A stretch of 64,000 nucleotides of DNA from Blepharisma stoltei ATCC 30299 (lineage: Eukaryota; Protista; Ciliophora). The DNA lies in assembly GCA_965603825.1 (NCBI GenBank), contig CBFDEM010000036.1, positions 806,001 through 870,000 of the forward strand, given 5' to 3'. A program made the translations under genes and the position numbers. Below, one piece after another: positions 58,044 through 64,000 of this stretch (position 1 is the first letter of the stretch; the number at the start of each line of letters is the position of its first letter). The notes beneath the pieces were generated by a model that was given only the letters and a program-made list of their open reading frames with translations, was not told where the DNA came from and made no database searches.

Positions 58044-60227
58044 TTAAATATTAACACTATTAGTAGACTTAATTGAAATATAATCTTTCAGCTCTGTGAA
58101 CTCAGAGACTACTTTTTTCTCGAAGATAAATTGTGTTTGATTTAGTGGAAATATGAAAAATACAAAGAAAGGTGTAAGCATTATAAAAATATGCCAGCAT
58201 GAATGTGTCTATATAAAGGTTACAATTCAATAATTACTGTTAAGCTCAAAAAAGCGGCTTGATATTGCTAGGAAAAAAGAAATCGCTGCTATAAACGCTC
58301 ATTTTATATTGACAAGTTTACTTGTTAAAAAGAATCATTTAGCTTGCTTTCAGCTTCAAAATTTATTTTCTTCTTTTTTAGAAAGTGCTATTATAATATA
58401 AACATAGCGGCAAACCATAATCAGCCCAGCAAATATCGGAGGCTATATAAATTTTACAGAAAAAGTAAGCAAAGTCCCATTAAAAGCTGTATTCAAGTCA
58501 ACATATAGCATTAAAACAAATAAAAATACATAAATAGCTGTCTTCATATTTGGGTTTTTCAGTCTTGCTACATGAATAAAGCAGACTAAAATGCTCATAA
58601 AGCTGATTAAAAAATCAACCATGCGTATACTCCCTGAGCTAAAGCCAAAACAATAATATTCTCAGTCGCATGCATGGTACATCATGCTTGTGATCATATT
58701 CAGTCCATATACTGCAACCTCTCCATAATAGAAATGCAACGTTCCTATAATAAGTGCTGGGATCATCGCAAGATTTGAAGCTACTAAGCAAAAAAGGCCA
58801 AGATCATATATACTATCGCTAAAACCTAGTTCGCCACAATAAGGCCCAGCTGTATTCTGAGAACAATAGCACGTATAAGCTACTTGGTTTGACAAATAAT
58901 GATACTGTGAATTGCACATATTATTGCCAACTTTAGTCCGAAATATCCCAAGACTAAAAGGTATTGATGGACTTTTAGTATCAATTGAGCTAAATTTTAA
59001 TGAAATATAATTTATACCTTGTTTTAAATATCTGAATTCAACAATAATTGAAGCTTTTTCAGCATCTTTTATAAGGCTGCAGTACACTTTAGAATCTTTA
59101 CAGCTAGAAAAATAGAAGTAAAAGCTTGATGCTGTAGGGGGGCTTGCTAGCTGGATCCGGATTTCTAGGTTTTCATTGAGTAAATTGAAAAGAGTGTCTA
59201 TATCGAGAGTGCTGTTATTGTATAGTATTAATTTAGCTCCATATCTATTATCGACGTGGTCTGGTAATACTATGAATTTGTGATACTGAATAGGGAGTTC
59301 AAAGGAGAAAATCCCATAGGTGTTCATTCTGATTTCAGTTTCATAAATACTTGTATAGCTACTCACTCAATCTTGGGAAACGATACTGTTGTTCACTATC
59401 ATGTATCCACTTTTATCTCATTTATAATCTTTAGTGATAATTTCGTATTCAAAAAGCTGATCTGCAGATGAAAAGAATACAAAATACCAAAGGCCAGGTT
59501 TTGGACTAGAAATTATGATTTGTCCAGATTTATTAAAATGCCAAAAATTACTTTCATCAATTGCATCCCCTAATATGAAATTCTCTGAGCTTGCTGTTAA
59601 GTTCAAATTACTTATTAATCCATAAGCATTAATGATAAGAAACTCAGTTCCTGCTCTGACATCATATATAGCTGGCTTTACATCCGAATCAATTTCACTA
59701 TTTGGCAAGTCCAAAACTTCAATGTCACACTCTGCAGAAACACTCGAATAATTTCTATTAATTAAATATTCAGATGACGTGAAAATTTGCGATTCACAGT
59801 AATACGATCATACTTTTATCTTATATCTCCACCCATAAACTGTATAGGCAGCCTGCATATGGCTTTGATCTAATAAGCCTCCATCCAGTCTAAAAATAAA
59901 ATAATTCGCCTTCTTAGGATATGGGATATCAATTTTATATTTCCAGTTTTCTTTTTCTTTTAGCTCAATTTTATAGTCATAGAACTCTTCGTCTGGAATT
60001 GAGTCAAATCTTATATAGAAAAGAGGTTTTGGGGTTGGGTATTCAGAGAGTTTTCCATCTATATCAGTCAATGTGACTTGAATTGAAAGCTTTAGTAATG
60101 GCTGAGAAATTGGAATTGGGATGTTTTCGTAGCAAATCTGCATTTTTCGGCATCCACCGGAGAAACTCTCGTGCACAAATGTTGAGTTTTCTAAAGCCAG
60201 TACTGCTGAAAACAAAATTCAAAACAT
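58044..60227 (-). CDS. TMEM8/PGAP6-like CREST-family membrane protein (~717 aa, two introns)
   Basis: Signal peptide, EGF-like CYCSQNTAGPYCG, LVASNLAMIPA, SMMYHACD and NY[W]ITHSCWH. Needs 10 TGA=W and introns at 58443-58457 and 58209-58223. Confidence 0.85.
58209..58223 (-). other. 15-nt intron
   Basis: GTAACCTTTATATAG; removal restores YWITHSCWH. Confidence 0.88.
58443..58457 (-). other. 15-nt intron
   Basis: GTAAAATTTATATAG; in-frame TAG. Confidence 0.85.
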
Positions 60228-60363
60228 ATTTTATTATGATAAATCTTATTAATACTAAAAATATTTTGATTATAAAATCGAGCTTATTATAGAAGCCTTT
60301 ATAGCTGTTTTCTCATTAATTGCTTTAAAAATGCTATTTAAAGTTTTAAAATAAATTTTAAAT

Positions 60364-61461
60364 TTACTGACTTAACTCTGAAATTTCATTCAGATACTTT
60401 TCCCAATCCTTCTCATAATCCCCTGCTTTTTCAGCAGCTCCTTGCTCTTTTTTATCAAACCTTTTTTCTCCTATATTTTTCAAGCTTCCAATCAGCCCAA
60501 TTTCATCTTCCCTTAGCTTGCTCTGAGCTCCATGCTGATCTTTTCAATCATTGCACAGCCTCTGTACACTTCTTAATATCCCTGAATCTCTAAAATCCTT
60601 ATCTGACGCCTGGAACATAATATTTTGCTGAGATTCTATACAATTTTCAAGCTCCCCCACCCTCTCCTGCAGGAATTTTTCTTCTTGTTCCAATCTTTGA
60701 AGCTCAGAATTTAAACGACTTATTAGGTCGTTAAAAACTTCAGAGCTTTCCAAATTTAATTTATCCAAAATTCCTCTGGATTCTTGGGTCCCAATTTTTA
60801 AGACTTCTAATAATTGGTTCACTTTTTCACTAGGAATGCTATTAGAATCAGCCGAAATTTGTGCCAGTGAGGTTAAGGTTGGAGCTATTTGTGAAGCTGC
60901 GTTGTTTTGAGCACTGAAATCTAAAAGATGAGAAGCGAGTTCTGAAAGCTCAGAAAAAGATACTGGGGATGTGTAATACTCTTGACTTTCTTCAAGAATT
61001 GAGAGTAGTTCGTCATTTTGTGAAGTTTTATTTTTGAAATAGCTTTCTGTAAAAACTCGAGTCCCTCTGGCTCGGCCTAGTTCTTTTTTAATCAAATTTT
61101 GGTCATTTTCGTTAGAAGAAAGCTTGATTTTTATTAGTGACAATGATGATTGGCAATTGTCATTTTCAGATTCAGCTCTGGAGTAAGAAAATTTAGCTAG
61201 GCTAATTTCTTTTTGCCGATATGCCATTTCTTGAGCACATTGGATGCCTTGCTGCTCAATTTGGCGATCGTGGTCGAGCTGCTCTTTTTGAATTTCTTCC
61301 GTTAAATCATCTAATGTTTTGTACACTTGGATAAAATAGTCAGGCAATTTGTTGCTTAAATCCAATTGAGGAAATAAAAGTTTTGAAGCGAAGTCTGAGT
61401 GGGAAGTAATCCTTGCGCCGTGTAGCAATGCGGAAATAGCTAAAATGATAACGATTTTCAT
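60364..61461 (-). CDS. Trichocyst-matrix/granule-lattice-like secreted coiled-coil protein (~365 aa)
   Basis: Signal peptide, IQKEQLDHD...CAQEMAYRQKEI and LCND[TGA=W]...REDEIGLI; heptad pattern typical of ciliate extrusome proteins. Confidence 0.7.
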
Positions 61462-61892
61462 TTTAATTTTATTACTGTTAAGTTTTCAAATTTAAAAATG
61501 ATATGTATGTATTTTTTTAGGAAGTAAAGAATATTGCGTGCAAATTGTGGTTAATTTGTCGATCCAAGAAAACTATTAAAATTGCATTGATATATAGAAA
61601 AAAAAAATTTGCTTAAGTATACTGCAGAATAGTAAAAACGATATTTCTATTAATAGTTCGAATGATGCTTTATGTGTCGTAATTTATAGTTGATTATTAA
61701 AATTTGTGTTTTTTCTTTGAGTGGTTTTATAATATAATTTTTTCTGCAGCTTTTCATCATCTCCAATCTCATGCATTTATATTTACGAACAAAAAATTAA
61801 TAATTTTCCATCACCTAATTTTCTTTCTCATTTACACAAATATTTTAAAAAATTCACTGTACCTTTAAAATTTAAATAAACACTAATTAAAT

Positions 61893-62378
61893 ATGAAATC
61901 TTGCACTTTAAATCCTGCAAAATTAGCTCAACGTATTTTCTACTCAGCCAAAAGAATTTACATTAGCCTCAATTTCACCAAATTTGACACCCCCAAGCCC
62001 AAAAATAAACCAATAAAACATTCATTTGATAGTGAACCGACTGACAGATACGATACCGATTTTCCACACAATTCGACTGTTATAAATCCTTTTTCCGAAA
62101 ATAATTCAATAACCCCGAAAAAAGCAGACCAAAGCCCTTACAAAAACATCAGGTATATACACAAGCGAAATTTCTCAAAGTGTGACAATTTTGAGCCTAA
62201 AAATGCAACGCCAAATAATTCCCACAAACGGCACTCCAGTACTGGCACGAATGAAAATATGGAGACCCCTCTATTAAAAAGCAATTTAAAGAGACTGTCT
62301 ATGTCATTTAGATTGGATAAAGAATCCTTTTCTGCTGAGGTTAAACGATTTTCCAGAGTCTCAAGTAAATTAAAATAA
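61893..62378 (+). CDS. Hypothetical basic protein (161 aa)
   Basis: ATG-to-TAA ORF; no recognisable domain. Confidence 0.6.
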   Translation: MKSCTLNPAKLAQRIFYSAKRIYISLNFTKFDTPKPKNKPIKHSFDSEPTDRYDTDFPHNSTVINPFSENNSITPKKADQSPYKNIRYIHKRNFSKCDNFEPKNATPNNSHKRHSSTGTNENMETPLLKSNLKRLSMSFRLDKESFSAEVKRFSRVSSKLK

Positions 62379-62439
62379 TTGGAATTAAAAAGGGATTGAT
62401 TAAAGGTATAAAAATTTAAATGGCTTTTAATTTATTTAG

Positions 62440-64000
62440 TTAGACCATTATAGTTTGACTGTCTTCATCTGTATCCTTGATTTTTGACAGGAGATGCTTA
62501 AATTTAGGCCGAAATTCTTTATCCACGCTCAGCATTTTGTCTAAAATTGTTTTCAGCCACAAAAATTCGATATTTTTCAGAATTTTTTCTAATTCTTCTC
62601 GTCCTTCAGGGGTTGAAAAAGTTTCTACAGATCTCAAAGTATACATTTGCAGAAAAGTAAGCCCGAGCGAGTAAATATCAGCTTTTGCAGGCTTAAATTT
62701 GCCTCTAATCGGCCCTTGTGCGCCACTCAATCTGCCATCCGATAGTAGTTTTCTAAGCTCAGGTGCCATATATCCTTGTGTCCCTTGCACAAAATGCACT
62801 CCAGTAGCTAAATAAGTAGTCCCCTCATCGTATTTTTGTGCAATATTGAAATCTGCGATTTTCAATATTCCTTCTCTATTGATAAAAATATTATGTGGTT
62901 TTATATCTTGGTGAAGGATCTTTTTCTGCTCAAGAAATGAAAATCCTTCTAACAAAAACACGACTTTATCATATAGTTCTCGTTCAGTGTATTTTTGGTC
63001 TGCTCCTCCCCTATTAGTAATCTCATGCATAAGGGTTTGTGTGCAATATTCCATAGCTATACCAATTACATGCTGGTCATTTACTTTTTCATGGTAACTT
63101 CCATAGTATTCAAGAAAACTAGGATGCTTTCCTGACAGATCTCTAAGGAGCTCGATTTCTTTATTAATATTCGTGAGTCTTTCATTAAATTTGGCTTCAT
63201 CTGAAGATGGGGCTATCGTATAAGTTTTGACTGCAATATCAATTCTGTTAGGCAAATAGCAAATTCCTCTATACACACTGACAATTAAGTTTTCTGTCGG
63301 GGAATGAGAATAAAATGGAGGGTTAATCAATTCTATTTGACTAGACGCTGATATAACCATATCTAAATTTCTTGGGGGCTGAGGAATTGTTTCAGTTTTC
63401 GTTTCTTCTGGCTTCACTCCATATTTCACTTTTCAAAGGTTTATTTTTGCAGACTTGTCTTCATCATTTATCTCAAATCCTAATAAAACATTTAATAACT
63501 CGCTTATCCCATCAGGCTGACCTGCTTCATCTTTTTCTTCAATATAATCATAAGAAAAATCAATTGCAATATTTTTAGCGAAACTCATGTCAAAGCCTTT
63601 ACCTTCAAGTCTTTTTGATATAACCAGCTGCCGTGCAAGCTGAACGGGGTCGTCATTTTTCATTCCTTCCCATACAAATTCAATATATTTGGACTCAGCC
63701 CATTTCAACTCAGTTTCGACATCGGTAAAATTATATTCATTTCTCAGGATATCGATAATAGTCACCCATTCGTCTACATCTTCTACTGTTTTGCAGGCAG
63801 AAATTCCTGATATGATATTAGAAAGCAGAGAGTTGTATGTGCTTTCAGGGTTGAAATCAGGCCTTTCTTTTAAATAATTTATAAGAGGCATGACTTGGCG
63901 AGCTAAATCAGTTGTAAAAGGCTCTGTTTCTAGTGCTGCATTGCAGATGCAGGCTGTCAGGAGGTCATTGGCATTCTTTTGGTGCTGCTCAGGGGTGGAC
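62440..64000 (-). CDS. Divergent protein kinase with long N-terminal extension (5' end outside window)
   Basis: IAVK, HQDIKPHN, ADFN, GTQGYMAPE and ADIYSLG. Joined through TGA 63433-63435; the frame is open to the window end. Confidence 0.85.

Noticed and set aside
2412-63435. Mass pseudogenisation, selenocysteine or UGA=Cys as the explanation for internal TGA codons
   Set aside because: TGA falls at conserved Trp (not Cys) columns in many otherwise intact genes, and frames stay open after it.
882-63877. Numerous short antisense or overlapping ORFs in the track (e.g. 882-1199, 15841-16335, 27611-28039, 33806-34177, 37507-37891, 48544-48897)
   Set aside because: They are shadow frames of real genes or of purine-rich sequence, Phe/Ser/Leu-rich and without motifs.
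1-64000. tRNA, rRNA or intact transposase/reverse transcriptase genes
   Set aside because: None recognisable by eye; tRNAscan-SE and Infernal would be needed to exclude small RNAs.

Overview
This is AT-rich, very gene-dense eukaryotic DNA, not prokaryotic. It reads as a heterotrich ciliate macronuclear chromosome, most consistent with Blepharisma (taxon inferred). Two properties break the supplied ORF track. First, TGA is read as Trp: it sits at invariant Trp positions in actin, the cyclin box, kinase subdomain IX, SOD, ATG3 and Myb, while TAA and TAG end every complete gene. Second, there are tiny spliceosomal introns; I located 18 (14 of 15 nt, 3 of 16 nt, 1 of 19 nt), all GTA...AG with a conserved A at position 10 or 11. 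Re-reading with these rules gives about 44 genes: TPX2-like, divergent actin, kinesin-1, BPI/LBP, EF-hand, eIF3d, ArfGAP, two PP2C, AMPK/SNF1-like, LITAF, LRR-TKL kinase, signal-peptide MnSOD-like, RBR E3, HEATR6, cyclin, eL42, ATG3, E2, DOT1-like methyltransferase, DYRK2, Myb, ankyrin-AGC kinase, TMEM8/PGAP6, trichocyst-matrix-like and others. The code and tiny introns are already known for this lineage. The best candidates for something new are an unstable locus at 37.3-39.2 kb (decayed duplicate, 54-bp repeat coiled-coil gene and an out-of-frame Gag-like CCHC zinc knuckle), a PPC-like/DOT1-like fusion, a tandem-acceptor 16/19-nt intron that toggles a stop, splice sites that embed the two remaining stop codons, and TGA codons next to terminal stops. 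All product calls come from motif recognition by eye; no searches were run.
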